From NCBI GenBank assembly GCA_964441145.1, contig CAYTUB010000002.1, forward strand, positions 3,305-67,304: a DNA stretch of 64,000 nucleotides. The letters are read 5' to 3'. The stretch is from an uncultured Acidimicrobiales bacterium (GTDB lineage Bacteria > Actinomycetota > Acidimicrobiia > Acidimicrobiales > SHLQ01). The notes beneath the pieces are model-generated. The model searched no databases, was not told the DNA's origin, and worked only from the letters and a program-made list of their open reading frames with translations. A program made the translations under genes and the position numbers. Below are positions 19,934 to 29,242 of the stretch, piece by piece. Numbering within the stretch: position 1 is the stretch's first letter; the number at the start of each line of letters is the position of its first letter.

Positions 19934-21874
19934 ATGCCCCAGATTCACGGATCAACACACGCATTTCGGCGACTGCAGAAGACAGCGGTGTTGTCTGTTG
20001 GCCTGACGGTCGCTCTAGTGCTCGGGCTTGCCACGGCAAGTTCCGGGCAGGTGTCCGGCGAACCCACGACGCAAGACCAGCGAGTCGTGGCCAGCGACCC
20101 AGGTACCGGCGACAGGTTCGGTACTGCAATCGCGATCGACGGCGACACGATGGTCATCGGCGCCGGGTTTGGCGACGAATTTACCGGAGCCGCATATGTG
20201 TTCGTGCGCACCGGCGACACCTGGATCGAAACACAACGACTCGTCCCCGCCGACTCTCAAACGTTCGACGGCTTTGGTTTCGCCGTGGCCATCGAGGGAG
20301 ACACAATCATCATCGGCGCAAGCCTCTCCAGTCCGTTCGTTGCCCCAGGCGAGTTGCAGGGAACGGGCGCGGCATATGTGTTCATGCGCACCGGCGACAC
20401 GTGGACCGAAACACAGAAACTGTCAGCAGACGCCCCGCAAGCAGACGGCAGGTTCGGTGCACAGCTCGCGATCGACGGCGACACACTGGTAGTCGGCGCT
20501 CCAGCAGTCGAAGATTCAGCGCAAGCGACCCATGTGTTCACCCGCACGAATGACTCCTGGACCGAAACGCAACGCTTCGCCATTCCCGATGCCGATCCAC
20601 AGAACTTCGGCACTCATGCTTTTGGCAATGCAGTCGCCATCGACGGCGACACCATCCTCGTCGGAGAAGCGTCCAGTCTGGGGAATTTTCGGGAGACCCC
20701 CGTCTATGTATTCACAGAAACCAACGGCACATGGGATCAAAGCCAAATCCTGGTGCCGACCGATCCTGAAGGAATCGGTGGTGGCGGCTTCGGTCTCTCG
20801 ATAGCAATCGACAACGACACCATCATCATCGGCGCACCCGAGACCCGGACCGCACTTCTCCGCGACTTGGGAGCGGTCTACGTGTTCAGCCAGAGCGGAA
20901 CTGCGTGGACCCAGACACAACGGTTGCAGAGTGCAAACCCACAAGCAGACGACAGGTTTGGCAGAACTGTGGCCATCGACGGCGACACCGCGATCATTGG
21001 TGCCGACACCAGGGTCACCATTGGTGGACCGGCACCAATGGATGATGTCGATGAGAGTCATGTCTCTGTATTGACTCGAATTGGCACCACCTGGACCGTG
21101 ACACAACAGCTGGCCCGATCCGACGCGCAAACAATCAACGGTTTCGGCGGCCCGGTAGCCATCGCTGATGAGACCGTCGTCGTCGGTGCATTCGCAGGTG
21201 AAGCCGGCGACATCGAGGATGCCGGAGCGGCCTATGTCTTCACGGTTGACCCTCCCCAGTTCTGCAACGGCGAACTAGTGACGGTGAATCTCGCTGCGGG
21301 CGATGTTCCAACCGATGGCCCTGACGTGATCTTGGGAACCAATGGCCCGGATGTGATCGACGCCGGTGCGGGCAAGGACGTCATTTGCGCTGAGGGTGGT
21401 GCTGACACCATCGACGCAGGCGATGGCAACGACACGATCTTTGGCGGTGCCGGTGCGGACAGCATCCAAGCAGGAAAAGGCAACGACACCGTCAACGGAA
21501 ACGGCGGCGATGATTTCGTGGTCGGCGGCAAGGGCAACGACACCCTCAACGGAGACGCTGGAGACGATGAGCTTCGTGGCGGCGCCGGCAACGACACCCT
21601 CGATGGCGGCACCGGCAAGGATGACCTCCGCGGCGACGACGGAGCCGACACCCTCAAAGGCAACAAGGGCAACGACGAACTTCGCGGCAACAAGGGAGCC
21701 GACGACATCAAAGGCGGAAACGGCAACGATGACCTCCGCGGCGGCAATGGAGCTGACGAACTCAACGGCGGCAAAGGAACCGACGAGCTCGACGGCGGCA
21801 ACGGCGAAGACACCTGCGAACTAGACCCCGACGGTCGCAACGAAGACACCCGGCGCTGTGAACTCACCGGTTAG
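19934..21874 (+). CDS. secreted FG-GAP beta-propeller (7 blades) + RTX Ca-binding repeat protein, paralogue 1
   Basis: Signal peptide ...LVLGLATASSGQ. Seven FG..(A/V)I(D/E)GDT..(V/I)GA units. Junction FCNGELVTVNLAAGDVPTDG at 21263, then 17 GxGxDx(L/I)xG nonapeptides, ending DTCELDPDGRNEDTRRCELTG. Confidence 0.85.
   Translation: MPQIHGSTHAFRRLQKTAVLSVGLTVALVLGLATASSGQVSGEPTTQDQRVVASDPGTGDRFGTAIAIDGDTMVIGAGFGDEFTGAAYVFVRTGDTWIETQRLVPADSQTFDGFGFAVAIEGDTIIIGASLSSPFVAPGELQGTGAAYVFMRTGDTWTETQKLSADAPQADGRFGAQLAIDGDTLVVGAPAVEDSAQATHVFTRTNDSWTETQRFAIPDADPQNFGTHAFGNAVAIDGDTILVGEASSLGNFRETPVYVFTETNGTWDQSQILVPTDPEGIGGGGFGLSIAIDNDTIIIGAPETRTALLRDLGAVYVFSQSGTAWTQTQRLQSANPQADDRFGRTVAIDGDTAIIGADTRVTIGGPAPMDDVDESHVSVLTRIGTTWTVTQQLARSDAQTINGFGGPVAIADETVVVGAFAGEAGDIEDAGAAYVFTVDPPQFCNGELVTVNLAAGDVPTDGPDVILGTNGPDVIDAGAGKDVICAEGGADTIDAGDGNDTIFGGAGADSIQAGKGNDTVNGNGGDDFVVGGKGNDTLNGDAGDDELRGGAGNDTLDGGTGKDDLRGDDGADTLKGNKGNDELRGNKGADDIKGGNGNDDLRGGNGADELNGGKGTDELDGGNGEDTCELDPDGRNEDTRRCELTG
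21263..21871 (+). repeat. 27-nt-period coding repeat (RTX nonapeptides) of paralogue 1; equivalent blocks occur in all members
   Basis: GAGKDVICA EGGADTIDA GDGNDTIFG GAGADSIQA GKGNDTVNG ... The other blocks start at 23660, 24583, 26595, 27760, 28633, 32439, 33661 and 35596. Confidence 0.85.
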
Positions 21875-22009
21875 TGCACCTAGTAGCAGTCCAGTGACGC
21901 TACGAAATTTTGTGTTCCTCGTCCACTGTTCCTTCACTCGTTGCCAACTCCACCGATAGAGGAATGGGCCTGAAGAAATTCAGGGTCTTCAACGACGAAA
22001 GGCGGGGAC

Positions 22010-24238
22010 ATGAGATCCCTAAAAACAACGCGTACTACCGCGCGCACTGAACGTACAACGAGGAAACGGCTTCGCCACACAGCCCTTTGCTCCATCCTGC
22101 TCACCACAGCGATAACGCTGGGCTTCACGGCAACCAGTACCGCCCAGGAGGTCGAGGGTCTTGCCGAGGATCAAAAGCTCGAGGGGTCGACAGATGGTCT
22201 CCTCCCCGGTGGATTCGGATTTTCCGTCGCCGCTGACGACGACACCATTGTCATTGGCGTCCCGTTCGAGACGGGTGACGGCGCAGCGTACGTGTACGAA
22301 AACACTCCTCAGGGCTGGCTGCAGACGCAGCGCCTCACCAGCAACGATGCAGCTGACGATGAGCTCCTTTTTTTCGGAGGGGGCGATCAGTTCGGCCAGG
22401 CGGTAGCCATCGACGGCGACACCATCATCGTCGGCGCACCAGCGGACACGAACTTCCCCGACGACGACGTCTTAAGAGCTTTGGGATTCATTGGTTGTTG
22501 CGAGGACGACTTCGGATTCTTCGGAGCGGCATACGTGTACGAGCGTGACGGTTCGGACTGGACGGAAACACAACGGCTCACCGACGCCGACTTCGTTTCG
22601 CTCGACAGCGATGACAACTTCTTTGTCCCGACCAGCGAGGGATTCGGCCAGGCGGTAGCCATCGACGGCGACACCATCGCCGTTGGAGCGCCCATCGGTA
22701 ACTTCAATGGTGGAACCGCCTACGTCTACGAGCGAACCGACCAAGCATGGCAATCCCAGCAAGCACTAACGGCACTCCCTGACAATTCGCCAGCGGTTCC
22801 AGGCGTTGAAATCCAACAAGGCTTTGTCTCATTCTTCAATGATGATCTCTTCGGGTACTCCCTGGCAGTCGATGGCGACACCATCGTCGTCGGTGCACCT
22901 CTCTATGGCGAAATTCCGGTCGTCAACGAGAGTTTCAATGCCGAAACCAGACCAGCGGTTGAACTCGGGGTAATCGGAAACCCGAACACCTCCGCGAACG
23001 GCGCAGCACACGTGTTCTCATTCGACGGAGACCAATGGAATGAAGACCAACGACTGTTCGGAGACGAAGAGTTCTTCGAGTTCGAGTTCGAGGACGAAGT
23101 CGACTTCGGGGACGAGATCGACTTCGGCGATGAATTGCGTCTACTCGGAATTGAAACGTTCGACGGTGGCGATCAGTTTGGTTACTCGGTAGACATCGAC
23201 ACCGACACCATCGTGGTTGGTGCGCTGTTGGAAGATGGCGAAACCTACGACGAAGGTGCCGCATACGTCTTTGCAAACAATGGTGGCATCTGGACTGACG
23301 TAGACACCCTTACTCCACTCGTTCCCGAGAGCGGTGCTCGCTTCGGTCGATCGGTCGCCATCGAAGGTGACAGCATCGTTGCTGGCTCACCCTTTGGAAA
23401 CGGCTACACGGGAGCGGCGCACCTCTTCCGCAATGACAGCGAAAGCGGATTCGAAGAAGTTGAACTCGTTGCATCCGATATCGAAGCTGGCGAGGGCTTG
23501 GGATTCTCTATTGCCTTGTCCGGCGGTACAGCTGTGGCGGGAGCGCCGCTCAATGTCAGTCTGTTCGGAGTCGACCGGGGCTTCGGCGGCGAATTCTTCA
23601 CCGACACTGGTCCGGGTGCCGCGTACGTCTTCGATGTGAGCGCTGAGCCACCGGTCCTTTGCAACAACGAAGAGGTGACCGTGAACTTGGCCCTCGGAGA
23701 TGTTCCTACCGATGGTGACGACGTGATTCTCGGAACCGATGGACCCGATGTGATTGAGGCTGGTGCCGGAAGCGACACGATCTGCGGCGGCGATGGCGAC
23801 GACACCATCAACGCTGGTGCTGGTGACGACACCGTCCTTGGCGGTTTGGGTGACGACACCATCAACGGCAGCGGCGGTGACGACGTCATTTCCGGTGACA
23901 AAGGAGCCGACATCATCAACGGTGATTCCGGTAATGACGAGCTTCGAGGCAACAAGGGCAACGACACCATCAACGGTGGCAGCGGCCTGGATCTCCTCGT
24001 CGGCAGTTCGGGCAACGATGAACTTCGAGGTGGCAAAGCCAGCGACACCCTCAAAGGTGGGACAGGCTCCGACACCCTCAAGGGAGGCAACGCTGACGAC
24101 GACCTGAGTGGCGGCAACGGCGCTGACGTTCTCGACGGCGGCGTAGGTATCGACAACCACAACGGTGGTGGCGGCGAAGACACCTGTGTGGCTGACCGCT
24201 CTGGGCTAAACGAAATCACTGAAAGGTGCGAGCTCTAG
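22010..24238 (+). CDS. secreted FG-GAP beta-propeller + RTX protein, paralogue 2
   Basis: 742 aa with a signal peptide ...GFTATSTAQE and 7 blade signatures. An acidic insert EEFFEFEFEDEVDFGDEIDFGDE is present. Junction LCNNEEVTVNLALGDVPTDG; ends DTCVADRSGLNEITERCEL. Confidence 0.85.
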   Translation: MRSLKTTRTTARTERTTRKRLRHTALCSILLTTAITLGFTATSTAQEVEGLAEDQKLEGSTDGLLPGGFGFSVAADDDTIVIGVPFETGDGAAYVYENTPQGWLQTQRLTSNDAADDELLFFGGGDQFGQAVAIDGDTIIVGAPADTNFPDDDVLRALGFIGCCEDDFGFFGAAYVYERDGSDWTETQRLTDADFVSLDSDDNFFVPTSEGFGQAVAIDGDTIAVGAPIGNFNGGTAYVYERTDQAWQSQQALTALPDNSPAVPGVEIQQGFVSFFNDDLFGYSLAVDGDTIVVGAPLYGEIPVVNESFNAETRPAVELGVIGNPNTSANGAAHVFSFDGDQWNEDQRLFGDEEFFEFEFEDEVDFGDEIDFGDELRLLGIETFDGGDQFGYSVDIDTDTIVVGALLEDGETYDEGAAYVFANNGGIWTDVDTLTPLVPESGARFGRSVAIEGDSIVAGSPFGNGYTGAAHLFRNDSESGFEEVELVASDIEAGEGLGFSIALSGGTAVAGAPLNVSLFGVDRGFGGEFFTDTGPGAAYVFDVSAEPPVLCNNEEVTVNLALGDVPTDGDDVILGTDGPDVIEAGAGSDTICGGDGDDTINAGAGDDTVLGGLGDDTINGSGGDDVISGDKGADIINGDSGNDELRGNKGNDTINGGSGLDLLVGSSGNDELRGGKASDTLKGGTGSDTLKGGNADDDLSGGNGADVLDGGVGIDNHNGGGGEDTCVADRSGLNEITERCEL

Positions 24239-24264
24239 CGATCCACTAAACCCTCACCCGAAGG

Positions 24265-24300
24265 CCCCCTTCCCTGCACGGGGAGGGGGTCTTTGTGCTT
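24265..24300 (+). terminator. intrinsic terminator after paralogue 2
   Basis: CCCCCTTCCC (24265-24274) pairs with GGGGAGGGGG (24280-24289) over 10 bp including one G-U pair, with a 5-nt loop, then TCTTTGTGCTTT. Confidence 0.7.
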
Positions 24301-24459
24301 TCACTGAGCGTTGCGAAGAGCAGTAATCTTTTTGCGCCTTTGGGAACCAGATCGGGCAACGCTTCGTACAAGACCTCGATTGAACGGACTATTTCGAACG
24401 CACTGTGGCGAATGGTACTCTCGGTGATAAGTCGACTGCGAAAGGTGGCTAGCAGCGTA

Positions 24460-25230
24460 ATGATGGCGAACATTCAAGGAAGAGGTAGGCGACCTCAAGC
24501 GTGGCTCGCACTGCTCGGCATGATCGGAATCACGCTCGCGTCAGCGTCCCCGGTCGGAGCTCAGTCTTCCGACCCTTTATTTTGTAGCGGCGAAATCGTG
24601 ACGGTCGATCTGGCCGCTGGGGACCTCCCGACCGACGGTGACGACGTGATTCTCGGGACCGATGCTGATGACTTAATCATCGCCGGTGCAGGCAACGACA
24701 TCATCTGTGGAGAGGGGGGCGACGATTCGATCGTCGGCGGCAACGGCGCCGACCTCATCTTGGGCGGGGACGGCGACGACAGCATCGCTGCCGGCGGGGG
24801 TCGTGACTTCGTAGATGCCGGCAACGGCGACGACTCGGTATCGGGTGGCACCGACGGAGATGTGATTGCCGGAGGCAACGGAAACGACACTCTCGGTGGG
24901 GGTAGAGGCTTCGACGTTGTATTTGGAGACGGCGGTGGTGACTTGCTCCTCGGCGGCCGAGGTAACGACGTACTCGACGGCGGACTCGGGAACGACGTAC
25001 TCGACGGCGGCCGCAATAGCGACAACCTCTTCGGAGGCCCCGGCGACGACGTCATCACCGGCGGTCGAGGTTTCGACAACCTGTTCGGAGGCGCCGGCGA
25101 CGACAACCTGCTCGGCGGCCCTGGTTTCGACTCGTACACGGGCGGCCGAGACGGCCAGGATCTCTGCCTTCTTTCATCCTCGGACCTCATCGACGACGTC
25201 CGCGGCTGCGAGGTCATCGATCAAGAATGA
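24460..25230 (+). CDS. secreted RTX-only paralogue 3 (no propeller blades)
   Basis: ATG 24460 follows SD AAAGGTGG and gives MMANIQGRGRRPQAWLALLGMIGITLASASPVGAQSSDPLFCSGEIVTVDLAAGDLPTDG. The signal peptide runs straight into the junction motif and the RTX repeats. Ends DLCLLSSSDLIDDVRGCEVIDQE. Confidence 0.75.
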   Translation: MMANIQGRGRRPQAWLALLGMIGITLASASPVGAQSSDPLFCSGEIVTVDLAAGDLPTDGDDVILGTDADDLIIAGAGNDIICGEGGDDSIVGGNGADLILGGDGDDSIAAGGGRDFVDAGNGDDSVSGGTDGDVIAGGNGNDTLGGGRGFDVVFGDGGGDLLLGGRGNDVLDGGLGNDVLDGGRNSDNLFGGPGDDVITGGRGFDNLFGGAGDDNLLGGPGFDSYTGGRDGQDLCLLSSSDLIDDVRGCEVIDQE

Positions 25231-25253
25231 GAACTGGAGCGGAGCAGAACATC

Positions 25254-27449
25254 ATGACCTCGATACGGCGATACAGGGGACGAGGATGGCTTGTCATGCT
25301 CGGCGCGATCGGACTGACGCTCGCGTTCGCCTCGGCACTCGGCGCCCAAGTAGACCTCGAGCCAACGACCGAGGACCAACACCTGACCGCCTCCGACGGC
25401 GAGTTGGGCGATCGATTCGGTTTCAGCGTTGCGATCGACGGCGACACCATCGTCATCGGCGCACCTGGGGACTTCTTCGACAGCAACGAGGGTGCCGCCT
25501 ACGTCTTCACTCGAACCGATGACGCCTGGATCGAGACGCAAACGCTGACCGCATCAGACGGCCAAGACTTTGATCACTTTGGTAACTCGGTGGCTATTGA
25601 AGGCGACACCATCGTCGTCGGTGCAAGCTCGGGCGAGGGCGCCGCCTACATCTTCACCAGAGCCGACAACACCTGGACCGAAACACAACAACTCACCCCA
25701 CCAGATGGCCAAGACTTTGGGGGGTTCGCCAGCAGCGTCGCTATCGACGGTGACACCATCGTCATCGGCGCACCCTTTAGTGACTCGCCCGATACAAGAC
25801 GAACAGGTGCGGCCACCGTCTTCACCCGCGCCGACGCCATCTGGAGCCAAACACAGGTACTGGCCTCATCGGACGGTCAGCAGATTGACTGGTTCGGGTT
25901 CTCGGTCGCCATCGACGGTGACACCATCGTCATCGGCGCACCGAACGCCGACACCGGCCTTAACGGCGAACGGATCTCCCCGGGAGATGGAGGGACTGAT
26001 CGTTCAGACGAGGGCGCCGCCTACATCTACACCAACACCAACAACACCTGGACCGAACAACAAAAGCTCATCGCATCAGACGGTCAAGTGAAGGACTTCT
26101 TCGGCTCCGCGTTAGCCATCGACGGAGACACCGTCGTCATTGGCGCAACTGGATTTTTCGAGTTCAGCAGCTCTGACTCGGGCGCTGCGTACATCTTCAC
26201 TCGCAACGACAACACCTGGACGCAAACGCAACGGCTATCCACCAATGACTCTGGGTTTACGCTGTTTGGTTTCTCGGTCGCCATCGACAGCGACACCGCC
26301 ATCGTCGGCGCCCTCTTCACGCCGACAACTGAAAACGTCAGACAAGCCTCGTACGTATACGAGCGCACCGAGGGCACGTGGAACGAGGTGCAGGTGGTCG
26401 CCTCAGACCAAACGGTACTGGGGGACTTTCCAAGCCAACTGATGGCTATCGACGGCGACACGCTCGTTGTGGGCTCACCCAACACGGTCGGTTTGGACGA
26501 CACCGACGTGAACGAACGGTTCGGAAACGGAGGTGGGGGCATCGGAGCGGCAGATGTCTTCGAACTCGACCTCCCCCAACCTCAAATCCCACTGTGCGGC
26601 CTCGAAGCGGTAACGGTCGACCTCGCAACCGGAGATACTCCGACAGATGGTGACGATGTCATCCTTGGAACCGACGGTGACGACATCATCAACGCCGGAG
26701 CAGGCAATGACATTATTTGCAGCCAAGGCGGAAACAACACCATCAACGGCGGAGCCGGCGCAGACCTCATCTTTGGCGCTGACGGAGACGACGTCATCGA
26801 TGCCGGACAGGGTCGAGACGTTATCTTTGGCGGTGGGGGTGCCGACACGCTTACCGGCGGACGGGGAGACGATGAGATCCTTGGCGGCAGCGGAGCAGAC
26901 ACCATCAGCGCCGGAAACGGTAGAGATGAGATCTTTGGCGGTCCCGGGTCTGACGTCCTTATCGGCGGAAACAAGAACGACCGCGTTAACGGCGACGAAG
27001 GTGATGACACCATCGACGCGGGCAAAGGAAACGACTTCATTGACGGCGACGAAGGTGATGACACCATCGACGCCGGGTTGGGTGACGACCTCGTCCGTGC
27101 CGGTGACGGAGCGGACGTCGTGGACGGCGGACGCGGCGCAGACAATATCTTCGGCGGCATCGGAGCCGACATCATCCGAGCCGGCAAGGGCAGCGACTGG
27201 ATCGACGCAGGTGCCGGTGACGACACTGTTCGAGGCGGCAGCGGTAACGACGGCCTCGACGGCCGCAAAGGAAACGACCTGCTCCGCGGTGGCGGCGGAG
27301 ACGATCGACTCAACGGTGGCCGCAATGACGACACCCTTATGGGAGGTAGCGGCGATGACATTCTCGACGGAGGCGACGACGAAGACGTCTGCAAACCCGA
27401 CCCCGACGGTCTCGACGAATTCAGCGAAAACTGCGAGCTCGACGGCTAG
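25254..27449 (+). CDS. secreted FG-GAP beta-propeller + RTX protein, paralogue 4
   Basis: ATG 25254 follows GGAGCGGAG and gives MTSIRRYRGRGWLVMLGAIGLTLAFASALGAQ. An alternative ATG at 25227 overlaps the paralogue 3 stop. There are 7 blades and the longest RTX block. Ends DVCKPDPDGLDEFSENCELDG. Confidence 0.85.
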   Translation: MTSIRRYRGRGWLVMLGAIGLTLAFASALGAQVDLEPTTEDQHLTASDGELGDRFGFSVAIDGDTIVIGAPGDFFDSNEGAAYVFTRTDDAWIETQTLTASDGQDFDHFGNSVAIEGDTIVVGASSGEGAAYIFTRADNTWTETQQLTPPDGQDFGGFASSVAIDGDTIVIGAPFSDSPDTRRTGAATVFTRADAIWSQTQVLASSDGQQIDWFGFSVAIDGDTIVIGAPNADTGLNGERISPGDGGTDRSDEGAAYIYTNTNNTWTEQQKLIASDGQVKDFFGSALAIDGDTVVIGATGFFEFSSSDSGAAYIFTRNDNTWTQTQRLSTNDSGFTLFGFSVAIDSDTAIVGALFTPTTENVRQASYVYERTEGTWNEVQVVASDQTVLGDFPSQLMAIDGDTLVVGSPNTVGLDDTDVNERFGNGGGGIGAADVFELDLPQPQIPLCGLEAVTVDLATGDTPTDGDDVILGTDGDDIINAGAGNDIICSQGGNNTINGGAGADLIFGADGDDVIDAGQGRDVIFGGGGADTLTGGRGDDEILGGSGADTISAGNGRDEIFGGPGSDVLIGGNKNDRVNGDEGDDTIDAGKGNDFIDGDEGDDTIDAGLGDDLVRAGDGADVVDGGRGADNIFGGIGADIIRAGKGSDWIDAGAGDDTVRGGSGNDGLDGRKGNDLLRGGGGDDRLNGGRNDDTLMGGSGDDILDGGDDEDVCKPDPDGLDEFSENCELDG

Positions 27450-27457
27450 GCACCGAG

Positions 27458-29226
27458 ATGACCATGGCCACACCGCAGCAACGCATCTACCGCGCATGGT
27501 TCGCGCTGCTCGGAGCGATCGGCCTGACGTTCTTATTCGCCTCCGCTCTTGGAGCGAAAGCCACTATCCAACCCACAACTGAGGACCAACAATTGCTTCG
27601 TACTGACGGTCAAGAGGATGACTTTTTCGGTCGGTCGGTGGCAATCGACGGCAACACCATGGTGGTCGGAGCTTCCGGTGCCGCGGACCAGCAGGGTACG
27701 GCCTATGTCTTCGAACGTGACGACTTGACATTGACCCCGAGCAGCCCGCTGTGGTGTTGTGCGGCGCTCTGCCAGTAACGGCCGATCTCGCCGCGGGTGA
27801 TCTCCCGACCGACGGCGAAGATGTCATCCTCGGAACGAACGATGATGACGTGATCCTCGCAGGCGCAGGAGACGACATCATCTGCGGACAAGGCGGAAAC
27901 GACAGCATCTTCGGCGATGGAGGTGACGATGCCCTCTTCGGGAATCGTGGGGACGACTCACTCGACGGCGGCGCTGGCAGCGACGAACTCGATGGCTCTT
28001 TCGAGAACGATGCCTTACGAGGCGACCGCTCCACATTCGTCGCCGGCGCCCCAAGCGACTTTTCAGCATCCCTAAAGACAGGCGCTGCGTATATCTTCAC
28101 CCAAACCGACGACACCTGGACCGAGACCCAAACACTTGAGAGCGCGCTCGATCAGCGAGGCGATCACTTTGGCGAATCAGTCGCTATCGAAGGCGACACC
28201 ATCTTCGCTGGGGCACCCTATGGGTTTGTCTCCGAGGGGAATGAATCGCAGCGCAACAATCTGGCGGATGGCGCAGTCTTCATCTTCGATCGCACCGGCG
28301 ACACCTGGAGCGAGACACAGAGCTTCTCCATCACCGCCGAAAGCCATGAGGCCTTAGGAATGTCCGTCGATCTCGATGGTGACACTGCCGTCGTCGGGTC
28401 TGGAGACTTTCGAGGTGACGGATCGGCGTACCTGTACACACGAACCGATGGCACATGGGCTCAACAAACACGATTCCGTGCGACTGACTCCACCCGTGGT
28501 GCCGAGATGGGACGGTCCGTGGCAATCGATGGCGACACCATCTTCGCCGGCGCACCAAATGACGACAACAACGACACGGGGTCAGGAGCAGCGTTCGTCT
28601 TTGGCACCGATGCACTCAACCAAACAGTTGCGTGCCACGGCAGCCCAGTCACCGTTGATCTCGCAGCCGGCGAACTCCCCACCGACGAAGACGACGTCAT
28701 CTTGGGAACCGATGGCCCCGACGTCATCGAGGCTGGCAAGGGCAGTGACATCATCTGCGCCTTCGGCGGCGATGACACGATCGACGCCGGAAATGGCCAA
28801 GACCTCATCTTCGCTGGCGACGGCGACGACACCATCAGCGCCGGTGGCGGTTCTGACATCGTCCATGCCCAAGGTGGCGACGACGTCGTAACCGGTGGCA
28901 GCCACCACGACATCATCATGGGTGGTGCCGGTAACGATGATCTCCGTGGCGGTGCGGGTCAAGATGAACTCCGCGGCGGACATGGCAACGACAAGCTGCG
29001 TGGTGGGCAAGCGAAAGACACGCTCTTTGGCGCTAACGGCAAGGACACGCTTATCGGTGGCAAAGGCCCCGATAAGCTTGAGGGTGGCAGAGGCCTAGAC
29101 GCCTCCGACGGCGGACAAGGAGTTGACCTCTGCGAAGCCCTCTTCGACGACCGTGACGAAGAAACCACGAGCTGCGAGTTCGATGACTTCTTTGAATTCG
29201 CCGATTTTATCTATGACGTTGGCTGA
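27458..29226 (+). pseudogene. chimeric paralogue 5, interrupted by a frameshift near 27720
   Basis: ORF 27458-27778 encodes a signal peptide plus one blade (...TAYVFERD) and then runs into nonsense. The family junction (LDIDPEQPAVVLCGALPVTADLAAGDLPTDG) continues in the -1 frame (ORF 27751-29226). Overall order: short RTX block, about 4 blades, second junction (VACHGSPVTVDL, 28633), second RTX block, cap. Confidence 0.6.
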
Positions 29227-29242
29227 TGCTCGACGGGGTCCA

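Noticed and set aside
26475-27497. Very long antisense or alternative-frame ORFs over the RTX blocks (for example 26475-27497 minus 340 aa, 26582-27394 minus, 23404-24219 minus, 21232-21867 minus, 33463-34356 minus, 35433-36200 minus, and + frame Thr/Ser/Ala-rich ORFs such as 26647-27582).
   Set aside because: They are by-products of the GGC/GAC/ACC-rich 27-nt coding repeat, which lacks stop codons in most frames. Their translations are monotonous P/S/V/A strings without starts, signals or domains. The sense frame gives the conserved nonapeptides.
27700-27780. Programmed -1 ribosomal frameshifting as the cause of the split reading frames in paralogues 5 and 7 (also 33430-33450).
   Set aside because: There is no X-XXY-YYZ slippery heptamer or obvious downstream pseudoknot at either site. 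Both sites coincide with apparent recombination or deletion joints, so mutation or sequencing error is more parsimonious. It is not formally excluded.
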